From Actinobacteria bacterium UBA7524 (GTDB lineage Bacteria; Actinomycetota; Coriobacteriia; Anaerosomatales; UBA912), in contig DLMY01000053.1 in the NCBI GenBank assembly GCA_002478275.1, positions 90,347-125,450 on the forward strand: a DNA stretch of 35,104 nucleotides. Reading direction: 5' to 3'. Under the pieces are notes generated by a model that saw only the letters and a program-made list of their open reading frames with translations, was not told where the DNA came from and made no database searches. Positions 21,569 through 29,550 of this stretch are shown here, piece by piece; positions within the stretch are counted from its first letter, which is position 1, and each line of letters begins with the position of its first letter. The translations under genes were made by a program, and so were the position numbers.

Positions 21569-22441
21569 ATGGACAGATCACGGAGATTGCTTGCGTTACT
21601 GCTCGCATGTCTGCTCGCGGTCGGGATGCTCGGCCTGGTAGGCTGCGGGGAGAGCGACGGCACCGACGACGGCGCCGATGCGGGCGACGATGCACGCGTC
21701 ATCACCAGCGTCGATGACCTTCGCGAGGGCGACAAGGTCGGCGTGCAGTCTGGCACCACCGGTGAGGGTTGGGCCAAGGAGAACCTCGAGCCTGAAGGCA
21801 TCGAGGTGGTCCCCTACGATGACATCCTGCTTGCGTTCTCCGCACTTCAGGCGGGCGACGTCATCGGTGTCATCAACGACCTGCCCATCTCGCAGGACGT
21901 TGTGAAGGACGAGGCCAGAGGCCTTGAGGTCGTCGAGGAGATCCAGACCGACGAGACTTACGGCTTCGCCTTCAGCAAGGAGAACCCGGCACTGCGCGAC
22001 GCGGTGAACTGGGCGCTGGCCGAGGTCATCGCTTCTGGCGAGTACGATGCCATCTACGAGGCGTGGTTCGGTAGCCCACCGATGTCGATGCCCGTGGCCA
22101 CGAGCAACGCCGCCGAGCCCGCCGCTGCGCCGCCCACGCTTTCAACCGGCAAGATCATCGTCGGCTCGGATACCGCCTATCCTCCGTTCGAGAACGTCGA
22201 GAACGGCATGACGGTCGGATTCGATGTCGATCTGATGAACGCCATCGGTGAGAAGCTCGGTCTTGAGGTCGAGTTCAGGAGCTATAAGTTCGATGCGCTG
22301 ATCACGGGCGTGCAGGCCGGCACGGAGTTCGACATGATCGCCTCGGCCATGACCATCACCGATGAGCGTGCGCAGTCGGTGGACTTCTCGGATCCTTATA
22401 TCAACTCGAACCAGTCGCTGGCGGTCAAGAAGGCCGACTAG
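21569..22441 (+). CDS. Family 3 ABC substrate-binding lipoprotein, circularly permuted
   Basis: RBS AAGGAGG, lipobox LVGC; KVGVQSGTTG..YGFAF..YDAIYEAWF precedes IIVGSDTAYPPFE..GFDVDL..MTITDERA..FSDPY. Confidence 0.9.
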   Translation: MDRSRRLLALLLACLLAVGMLGLVGCGESDGTDDGADAGDDARVITSVDDLREGDKVGVQSGTTGEGWAKENLEPEGIEVVPYDDILLAFSALQAGDVIGVINDLPISQDVVKDEARGLEVVEEIQTDETYGFAFSKENPALRDAVNWALAEVIASGEYDAIYEAWFGSPPMSMPVATSNAAEPAAAPPTLSTGKIIVGSDTAYPPFENVENGMTVGFDVDLMNAIGEKLGLEVEFRSYKFDALITGVQAGTEFDMIASAMTITDERAQSVDFSDPYINSNQSLAVKKAD

Positions 22442-22461
22442 ACGACCGGGACAGACGAAGA

Positions 22462-22501
22462 GCTCGAGGGGTCGGCGGTCTCGCACCGTCGGCCCCCGAG
22501 C
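22462..22501 (+). other. Intercistronic GC-rich stem-loop after the binding-protein gene (mRNA stabiliser or partial terminator)
   Basis: GCTCG-A-GGGGTCGGCGGT / ACCGTCGGCCCCCGAGC, about 17 bp, 5-nt loop, no U tract. Confidence 0.6.
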
Positions 22502-22525
22502 ATATGACACGGTCCGGGAGGTCCG

Positions 22526-23812
22526 GTGAGCAAGAAGGTTCGCAGGACGCTGTGGTATGCGGCGAATGCCGTGGTGTTCGCGGCGCTTGCCGTTTGGCTG
22601 CTCACGATGACAGGCCCGGAGAGATTCGCGTTCGAGCGCCCCGCCGAACGTGGTCAGACGGGTCTGGTCGACGCGATCTACCTGGTGCCGTCTACACGCG
22701 ACACCGTCACGATAGGCAAGCGAGGCAACATCGCTATTGCCCAGGCCGAGCTCGACAGCGACATCGGCGCCACGCTCCAGCGCGAGCCTGCCGGCGCCCG
22801 GCCATCCGATTCGACGTGGATCCTCACCGCCGAGGAGACCAGTCCCACCCCGGTGCTGCTGAACGGCCGCGAGGTCGATGAGGCCGAGATCACTCCCGGA
22901 GACGTTGTGACCGTCGGGGGCGTCGAGGTCGCGTTCGACGGTAGCCGTCAGGGCCTGCTCGGTGCGCTGGACCGCTGGGAGTCAGGTCGCATCACTCGCC
23001 TGTTCGCGTCGCCACAGATCATCTCGCGGGCCTTCCCGATACTGCTTGCGGCGTTTCCCGTTTCGCTGTTCATGGTCCTCATCTCGTTCGTGCTGGCGAT
23101 TCCCGGTGGGCTTGCGCTCGCGTTCATGAAGATGGCGCGAACGCGCTGGTTCCGTTGGCCGGCCACGCTCTACGTCGACGTGATCAGAGGCACGCCGATA
23201 TTCCTCCAGATATTGCTCGTGTTCTTCGGGTTGCCTTTGATGCCCCCATGGCAGGCTCTCGTCGGGGCCTTCCCGGCGATGAACGACGCATGGCTCTTCG
23301 GCATATCCAATTCGCTCTACCTGAGGGCGTTCGTGGTCTTGAGCTTCAACTCCGCCGCATACATGGCGGAGATATTCCGCGCCGGCATCCAGTCGATCCC
23401 TAAGGGGCAGACCGAGGCCGCGCGCTCTCTTGGCATGACTATCCCGCAGGCGATGACCTGGGTCATCATCCCGCAGACGGTACGCCGTATCCTGCCGACG
23501 ATGATGTCCGAGTTCATCCTGCTGTTCAAAGACACGTCGCTGTTCGCGGCCGTGGGCGTCGGAGAGATCATCATGCGCTCGCGAGAGGTCGCCTCGACCA
23601 CACTCAACGTCTCGCCGTACGTGCTGGCCGCCGGTTTCTACCTGGTGATAACCATCCCGCTCGGACGCATCGTCCAGAACATGGAGAACAGGCTCGCGCG
23701 CTCTGAAGGCGGAGGAACGGTCGAGAAGGACAAGAGTGAGGATGACGGTCCGGCCAAGGCCGGGGTCGCCGGTGAGGGGACGCCGTTGCCCGAGGCGGGT
23801 GGAGTGCGATGA
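22526..23812 (+). CDS. Polar amino acid ABC permease (HisM/GlnP-like) with N-terminal TM and FHA-like domain
   Basis: [50 protein letters not shown]. Confidence 0.9.
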   Translation: MSKKVRRTLWYAANAVVFAALAVWLLTMTGPERFAFERPAERGQTGLVDAIYLVPSTRDTVTIGKRGNIAIAQAELDSDIGATLQREPAGARPSDSTWILTAEETSPTPVLLNGREVDEAEITPGDVVTVGGVEVAFDGSRQGLLGALDRWESGRITRLFASPQIISRAFPILLAAFPVSLFMVLISFVLAIPGGLALAFMKMARTRWFRWPATLYVDVIRGTPIFLQILLVFFGLPLMPPWQALVGAFPAMNDAWLFGISNSLYLRAFVVLSFNSAAYMAEIFRAGIQSIPKGQTEAARSLGMTIPQAMTWVIIPQTVRRILPTMMSEFILLFKDTSLFAAVGVGEIIMRSREVASTTLNVSPYVLAAGFYLVITIPLGRIVQNMENRLARSEGGGTVEKDKSEDDGPAKAGVAGEGTPLPEAGGVR

Positions 23813-24561
23813 TGCGACCTGCGAACGTTAGCGAGCCGGTAGTCCGGATCAAGAACCTCCAGAAGGCCTTCGGGGAGCTGGAGGTGCTGCGTGGCGTCGA
23901 CATGGACGTCGCGAAGGGCGAGGTGGTCGTCATACTGGGTCCCTCGGGTTCGGGCAAATCCACGATGTTGCGGTGCATCAACAGGCTCGAAGAGCCGACG
24001 GGCGGCGAGATCTGGTTCGAGGAGATGCAGGTCAACGACCGCCACACGAACATCAACAAGGTCCGCGAGCGCATCGGGATGGTGTTCCAGTCCTTCAACC
24101 TGTTCCCGCACCTGACCGCAAAGGGCAACGTGATGCTCGCTCAGCGAAAAGTCCTCAAACGCTCGAAGCATGAGGCTGAGCGCATCGCGGTCGAACAGCT
24201 CACTCGCGTGGGGCTAGCCGACAAGATCGACAACTTCCCGGTCCAGCTCTCCGGCGGCCAGCAACAGCGTGTCGCGATCGCCCGTGCTCTGGCGATGGAC
24301 CCGCACGTCATGCTCTTCGACGAGGTCACCTCGGCGCTCGATCCCGAGCTGGTGCGTGGAGTACTCGATGTCATGAAGGAACTGGCCCGGGGCGGCATGA
24401 CGATGCTCGTCGTCACCCACGAGATGGGTTTCGCCCGCGACGTGGCCGACAGGGTCGTCTTCATGGACGAGGGCGTCATCGTCGAGCAAGGCACGCCAGA
24501 GGAAGTATTCGATAATCCGCAGCATGAGCGGACGAAGGATTTCCTCGGCCATATCAGTTAG
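23809..24561 (+). CDS. Polar amino acid ABC ATP-binding protein (GlnQ family)
   Basis: [55 protein letters not shown]. Confidence 0.95.
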   Translation: MMRPANVSEPVVRIKNLQKAFGELEVLRGVDMDVAKGEVVVILGPSGSGKSTMLRCINRLEEPTGGEIWFEEMQVNDRHTNINKVRERIGMVFQSFNLFPHLTAKGNVMLAQRKVLKRSKHEAERIAVEQLTRVGLADKIDNFPVQLSGGQQQRVAIARALAMDPHVMLFDEVTSALDPELVRGVLDVMKELARGGMTMLVVTHEMGFARDVADRVVFMDEGVIVEQGTPEEVFDNPQHERTKDFLGHIS

Positions 24562-24654
24562 CCGCTGCGCCGCGAGATCAGCTGCAGCGGGCACGGTCGC
24601 AATCCGCTACCATGGGTATCTTCTACGTACGGACCATCTCACAAGGAGGAAGTC

Positions 24655-25206
24655 ATGGACATGATCATCAAGGGCCGTCACATGGCGGTCACAGAGCCCA
24701 TCCGTGACTACGCGCAGGAGAAGATCGGCCGCGTCACCAAGATCATCGACGGTGACCACATGAAGGCGGAAGTAGAGCTGTACGCCGAGAGGAATCCGGC
24801 CATCGAGAACGGGCACGTCGCCGAGGTCACCGTGTGGACCAAGGGGCCCGTGATCCGTGCGAAGGAAGCATCGACTGACATGTACGCTGCGATCGACCTG
24901 GTATCTGAGAAGCTCGAGACGCAGTTTCGCAAGTACAAGGGCAAGAAGATGGACCGGTACTCCGGCAAGCACATGCCGCCGCCGCTGCCGGTGACCGAGA
25001 TCCTGGAGCCCGAAGAGACCGAGCCGAGCATCGTCAAGACGAAGTCCCCCGCCGTCAAACCCATGACTGCCGAGGAAGCCATCTTGCAGCTGGAGCTGCT
25101 CGGGCATGACTTCTTCGTGTTCACGTCAGCGGAGACGGAGCAGGTCAGTGTGTTGTATCGGCGCAACGACGGCGACTACGGACTGATCGAGCCTCGGGTG
25201 AGCTAG
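24655..25206 (+). CDS. hpf: Ribosome hibernation promoting factor, long HPF / RaiA
   Basis: IKGRH..VTEPIRDYA, DMYAAIDLV..KLE.Q.RKYK, KPMTAEEAILQLELLGHDFFVF..VLYRRNDGDYGLIE; RBS AAGGAGG. Confidence 0.95.
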   Translation: MDMIIKGRHMAVTEPIRDYAQEKIGRVTKIIDGDHMKAEVELYAERNPAIENGHVAEVTVWTKGPVIRAKEASTDMYAAIDLVSEKLETQFRKYKGKKMDRYSGKHMPPPLPVTEILEPEETEPSIVKTKSPAVKPMTAEEAILQLELLGHDFFVFTSAETEQVSVLYRRNDGDYGLIEPRVS

Positions 25207-25235
25207 TCCGTCAGGAGCGCTCAGGGGTTTCTGTT

Positions 25236-25270
25236 GCTGTGGCGGGCCTTCGGGTCCGCCACAGTGGTTC
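25236..25270 (+). terminator. Intrinsic terminator-like hairpin after hpf
   Basis: CTGTGGCGGGCC-TTCG-GGTCCGCCACAG, 12-bp stem with UUCG loop; weak U tail. Confidence 0.7.
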
Positions 25271-25425
25271 TCGGGTGGGGCGGGAAGTATCACCTGCGAA
25301 GTGCGCTTTCACTGTGACGAATAGCACAATACGACGGAATACGGTAATCTTCCTGCAAGCCCTTGAAACTCAGTCGTAGCAGATGCCGCAGCAGTACTAC
25401 CGCCGAAGCAAACAGGGGGGCCCCG

Positions 25426-26094
25426 ATGGACCAGCAGACATCTCGGCTATCCGTTGAGGATATCGAGATCACACTCGGGCAAGTCGCCGAGATCAAGGCC
25501 GCGCGCGTGGTCGCCTCTCCAGAAGGTGTGATACAGGAGATCCACGTACTCGCGCTCCCGAACAAGACTCCCAAGCAGCTGGTCAGGGACATCGAATCCA
25601 CTTTGATGGCGACATACGGTCTTGTCGTCGACCACAAGAAGATCTCCATCGCACAGCTCGGTACCGACGTTGTGGCGATCGAACCCGAGCCGTCCCAGCC
25701 TGTTCAGTCACGCGCTCGTATCGTCGAGATCAACGCGAACGTCAACGGCGCGTATGCGGCCGTGGCCGTCACGCTGAAGCTCGAGCACGACGTGTATGTC
25801 GGCGAGGCTTCGGGCCCCGCGAGTCAGACGGGCCGCATGCGACTGTTGGCGCGTGCGACACTTGACGCGGTCGATCAGTATCTGCATGGTACGTATAGCT
25901 TCGATCTTGAAGACGTATCGATCATTCAGCTTGGTAAGGAGAGGGTCGCAGTCTCCTGCATCACGATCGTCACCCCGATGGGGGAGCAGTCGTATGCGGG
26001 CTCGGCGCTCGTGAGACAGAATGAGAAGGATTCCATAGTTCGGGCGACGCTTGATGCGATAAACCGTCGCCTTGGCTGCTTGACAACCACATAG
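25426..26094 (+). CDS. Conserved hypothetical cytoplasmic protein with a C-terminal duplicated beta-beta-beta-alpha module (LeuA regulatory-domain-like)
   Basis: ATG after AGGGGGG; IQEIHVLA..PKQLVRDIES..DHKKISIAQ; internal repeat RATLDAV / RATLDAI. Confidence 0.75.
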   Translation: MDQQTSRLSVEDIEITLGQVAEIKAARVVASPEGVIQEIHVLALPNKTPKQLVRDIESTLMATYGLVVDHKKISIAQLGTDVVAIEPEPSQPVQSRARIVEINANVNGAYAAVAVTLKLEHDVYVGEASGPASQTGRMRLLARATLDAVDQYLHGTYSFDLEDVSIIQLGKERVAVSCITIVTPMGEQSYAGSALVRQNEKDSIVRATLDAINRRLGCLTTT

Positions 26095-26170
26095 ACGATT
26101 TCGGCCAGGGCCAACGCCGTGTGCAAATCAGAAGACACTGTACGCAACAAACCGAGCGGAGCGGACAGCG

Positions 26171-26227
26171 TTCTTCCATTACTAGCGGAATGGGAGAAGA
26201 CCACAGTTCCAAGAGGGAGGTCTTCTC
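26171..26227 (+). promoter_or_regulatory. Mutually exclusive hairpins over the RBS of the small ORF
   Basis: TTCTTCCATT (26171-80) pairs with AATGGGAGAA (26189-98); alternatively GAGAAGACC (26194-202) pairs with GGTCTTCTC (26219-27), overlapping SD GGGAGG (26215-20). Confidence 0.45.
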
Positions 26228-26230
26228 AAC

Positions 26231-26305
26231 ATGAAGCGAATCATATTTCTCCTCAGCTCGCTCGCAGCGGTTCTTTACGCTGGCGGGGCGATGGCGCGAC
26301 TTTAG
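26231..26305 (+). CDS. Small signal-peptide-like ORF, 24 aa: MKRIIFLLSSLAAVLYAGGAMARL (putative signalling-peptide precursor)
   Basis: SD GGGAGG 10 nt before ATG; basic n-region, hydrophobic h-region, AGGA, short tail; occupies an otherwise empty 275-nt gap; below the ORF track cutoff. Confidence 0.75.
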   Translation: MKRIIFLLSSLAAVLYAGGAMARL

Positions 26306-26369
26306 TCATTCCAGTCATGAGCAGGTTGCAGCGGTTGGCCCTCAGTTTCCGTGAAGAAGGAGTGGAGTC

Positions 26370-27659
26370 ATGAGAGTCAGACTCTACTCCTTCTTCGTGT
26401 TCTTGGTTGCATGCTGCGCGGTTGTGGCTCTGTACCTTCGGGAACCGTTGCCTGACTTTCGTCTGGTACTTGTCATGGGGATCATGGCATTGGCCGCTGA
26501 GTCACTGGCCTTCAGGCTACAGCATGGCGGCACCGTGTCACTCATGTTCGCAGTTGCCTTTGCTGCCGTGCTATTGGGTGGACCGACTGCCGGAGTCGTG
26601 GTGGCAGTTGCAGGAGCTGCGCCACCGGCGGACTTCATTGAGAGGAAGCCAGCGTATGCGATGCTATTCAACCTGTCGCAGCTCGCTCTTGGGGCCGCTG
26701 GCGCTGGGACGGCGTATCAGCTTCTTGGGGGAGTACTGTTGTATCAGCCGGGCGTTTCTCCCCCGCCCGTAACTCAGTGGATAGTGGCCGCGCTTCTTGC
26801 CGCTCCCATCTACGCTTTGATCAACTTGGGATTGGTCACGGTTGCGGTATCCCTGAAATGCGGCCTGCCCTTGTCCACTGTCTGGAAGAGCTATCAGGCC
26901 TACTACGTCAGGAGCCTCCTGCCCCTGACGTTGCTTGGACTGGTGCTGGCACAGCTGATCGCGGTTGCTGGACTGCCCTATGCTCTGCTCCTCCTAGTCC
27001 CCTTCGCAGTTTCCTGGCGGACCTTCCGCGTATACCAGCAACAAGAGGAAGCCTACTTCGGCACGGTGCGCTCCCTCGTTGCCGCGCTTGAGGCGAAGGA
27101 TCCGTACACGCGTGGCCACGCCGAGCGGGTTGCCGAGTATGCAAAGTACGTCGGCGAGGCAGCGGGGCTGTGTGAATCCGAGGTGAAGAAGATCGAGTGG
27201 GCAGCACTTCTGCATGATATCGGCAAGATCGCAGTGAGCTGCAGGACACTTACTAAGCCGGGAACGCTCTCGGAAGGAGAGTATTCCACCCTCCGCGAAC
27301 ACCCGAATGTCGCGGCAAGCATCCTTCAAGAGGTGGGATTCCTTGAAGGCATCGTCCCACTGGTTACTGCGCACCACGAGCGTATCGATGGGACAGGGTA
27401 TCCCCTCGGTTTGGGCACTAATCAGATTCCGGTGGGCGCTCGTGTGCTTGCGGTGGCCGACGTGTTCGACGCGATTACGTCGGAGCGTTCCTACCGGCCG
27501 GCCCTTGATGTTGACGCTGCATTGCACGAGCTGCGTGCTGTGGCTGGCACCCAGCTGGATGAACGTTTCGTGAGCCTGCTTGCTTCCGGTATCACCGACG
27601 GCGCGATATCGATTGACACAGCTTGGGTTCGTCCGGAGGCTGGCGATGCCCATGACTAG
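26370..27659 (+). CDS. Membrane-bound HD-GYP phosphodiesterase (multi-TM sensor, MASE9-like)
   Basis: About 7 TM, then EAKDPYTRGHAERV, LLHDIGK, EHP, HHERIDGTGYP, VADVFDAITSERSYR. Confidence 0.92.
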   Translation: MRVRLYSFFVFLVACCAVVALYLREPLPDFRLVLVMGIMALAAESLAFRLQHGGTVSLMFAVAFAAVLLGGPTAGVVVAVAGAAPPADFIERKPAYAMLFNLSQLALGAAGAGTAYQLLGGVLLYQPGVSPPPVTQWIVAALLAAPIYALINLGLVTVAVSLKCGLPLSTVWKSYQAYYVRSLLPLTLLGLVLAQLIAVAGLPYALLLLVPFAVSWRTFRVYQQQEEAYFGTVRSLVAALEAKDPYTRGHAERVAEYAKYVGEAAGLCESEVKKIEWAALLHDIGKIAVSCRTLTKPGTLSEGEYSTLREHPNVAASILQEVGFLEGIVPLVTAHHERIDGTGYPLGLGTNQIPVGARVLAVADVFDAITSERSYRPALDVDAALHELRAVAGTQLDERFVSLLASGITDGAISIDTAWVRPEAGDAHD

Positions 27660-28851
27660 CAGGAAGGTCATCGGAGCGGCGGCCGTAGCTGGCATCGTTT
27701 TGCTGTACTTGTTCTTGCCCGACAGACTGCTGGCAGAGCCAGGGGACTGGCTTCTCTTCGCGGTCTTGGCTGCGGCGTTCGCCTTGCTCGACTCACTGCC
27801 GCTGAAGCTGTCTGGTGGTGGTTCAGCGCGCACGGATGCCGGCGTAGCCACCGCAGCGATCATCCTGCTAGACCCAGGCGCGGTGTTCGCCTGTCTGGCG
27901 CTTGGAGCTGGGCTGTCTTTGTTGTTCGTGGATGTCGAGAGTGCTCCTCGCTCGGCGGCGCTTGATCTTGGTCGGCGCCTTGCAGTCATCTACGCGGTTG
28001 CCTGGGCCTACGAAGTGTTCATCGGGCAGGTCTCGCTAGGTGCTACCCCGTACTTTGAGATGTTGATCGCCGGCGGGGCATGCGGACTTCTCTATGCCGT
28101 GCTCGACATGCTCGGGTATCTCTTCACTGACGGAAGAACCCCAGGGTCTTCGTTCATCGACGCCTCTCTGGGGCTTCTCAAGCTTCTTGGTCCGATCTAC
28201 CTGAGCCAGATATCTGTCGGAATCGTCCTGGCGATCACCTATGCAGGTTTGGGCATCCTCGTGTCGCCGATTCTTGCGTTGCTGATGGCGCTGATGCAGC
28301 GAAGCTTCGGCATGCTTCTCGATATCCGCACTGCCTACATGAGAACGATATCCGCTCTTGCCCACCTGCCTGAAATGCAGTTGAACGGCAAGCGAGGTCA
28401 TGCAGAGAGAGTGGCGGATCTGTCGGCCGCCGTGGGTCGCCGACTGGGCTTGAGGGGCAACCAGGTCGAACGTCTCTCATTCGCCGCATTGCTTCACGAT
28501 ATCGGTCTGTTGGGCTTGTACGAAGAAGAAGGTGCGCCCCTCGATCCCGCAGACGTGCTGGCCGAGTCATCGCGGCGCGGCGCTGACCTTGTTGCGGAAG
28601 TGGACTTCCTCGCCGAACTGGCACCCGTCATCAGGCTACAGGCTCAGGAACCCGAGCGGGCGCTCAGTCTTGAGCCGGACGATTTGCTGATGGCGCAGAT
28701 CATCAGGGTCTGTTCAGACTACGACGACCTTGCGGCCGCGGTGGTGGATGCGCGGGAGCGTCTGGATCGCCTGAGGTCTAGTGTCAGTCCTGTCCACTCC
28801 AAGAAGGTGCTCAGGGCCCTGACTTCTGTGGTGGGAGGGTGGGCCAGGTAG
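27646..28851 (+). CDS. Membrane-bound degenerate HD-GYP-like protein
   Basis: Similar TM region; keeps GHAERV, LLHDIG and SDYD but lacks HP, HHE and GYP; ATG 27646 after GGAGG, overlapping the upstream stop. Confidence 0.85.
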   Translation: MPMTSRKVIGAAAVAGIVLLYLFLPDRLLAEPGDWLLFAVLAAAFALLDSLPLKLSGGGSARTDAGVATAAIILLDPGAVFACLALGAGLSLLFVDVESAPRSAALDLGRRLAVIYAVAWAYEVFIGQVSLGATPYFEMLIAGGACGLLYAVLDMLGYLFTDGRTPGSSFIDASLGLLKLLGPIYLSQISVGIVLAITYAGLGILVSPILALLMALMQRSFGMLLDIRTAYMRTISALAHLPEMQLNGKRGHAERVADLSAAVGRRLGLRGNQVERLSFAALLHDIGLLGLYEEEGAPLDPADVLAESSRRGADLVAEVDFLAELAPVIRLQAQEPERALSLEPDDLLMAQIIRVCSDYDDLAAAVVDARERLDRLRSSVSPVHSKKVLRALTSVVGGWAR

Positions 28852-29412
28852 ATGGTCATGCTCGATGGGCTCATCCTCGGTCTCGTGATCGGTCTGCTCA
28901 CGAGGGGTCGTATCCGCAACCTGGAATACCACGAGATTCGCTGGGGATGGCTGTTCGTTCTGCTGCTTTCCGTCCAGATGGTGGCACCGAAGATCGCCGT
29001 GGGAGTCAGCGGTGTCGTGTTGCTCTGGCTCTTCTGGGTCGTTCCTGTTGTGGGCTGCCTGGTGATCGCCGTCCTGAATATCCGGCAGCCGGGCTTCCCC
29101 CTCATTCTTCTGGGACTCTTGTCCAACTTGCTTGTCGTCTCGCTGAATTCGGGGATGCCGGTGCTGGTCCCGAACGCGTTGATGGTGGGCGGCTCATCGG
29201 AACAGGTGCTCGTCAGCGTTGGGACATCCTGGCTGCACCGGGTTCTTGAAGTGGGCACCAGACTGCCGTGGTTAGGCGATGTGATCCCGATCCCCGGTCC
29301 CAGTTGGCACAGGGGGCTTGTCAGCTACGGCGATATCCTGCTTTCTGCGGGTGTGGGTCTCTATGTACTCTGGCTGATGCACTCGGGAGACTCCGAGACC
29401 GCTCAGGTTTAG
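28852..29412 (+). CDS. DUF5317 family membrane protein
   Basis: GRIRNL..IRWGWL, N..PG..L..LG..SN..V..LNSGMPV, LPWLGDVI, SYGDIL. Confidence 0.8.
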   Translation: MVMLDGLILGLVIGLLTRGRIRNLEYHEIRWGWLFVLLLSVQMVAPKIAVGVSGVVLLWLFWVVPVVGCLVIAVLNIRQPGFPLILLGLLSNLLVVSLNSGMPVLVPNALMVGGSSEQVLVSVGTSWLHRVLEVGTRLPWLGDVIPIPGPSWHRGLVSYGDILLSAGVGLYVLWLMHSGDSETAQV

Positions 29413-29473
29413 ATTCCGTTAAGATGTATCCCTTAGCATGTATCTGACAGGCTCATCGGATACAGGTGGCAGG

Positions 29474-29550
29474 ATGAGGGGTGCGGGGATTCCTGGTTTC
29501 GGTGCGACCGTTGAGAGGCGCAGGCTTCTCGACGTGATTGTGCGTGCACC
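29474..29550 (+). repeat. 77-nt block repeated at 32830-32906 (1 mismatch)
   Basis: Direct comparison of the 5' ends of the two paralogs. Confidence 0.9.

Noticed and set aside
24595..24619. SigB-like GGGTAT element upstream of hpf
   Set aside because: The -35 region (GGTC) does not match GTTT well; plausible but unsupported
26120..26177. GCAAA..CAG/CTG..ACGCAA resembles a c-di-GMP-I riboswitch upstream of HD-GYP genes
   Set aside because: No GNRA-capped P2, no tetraloop receptor and no convincing P1/P3; would need an Infernal search to revive
26119..26373. 84-aa ORF from the track
   Set aside because: No RBS and no recognisable features; overlaps the better-supported SD-led 24-aa ORF in another frame
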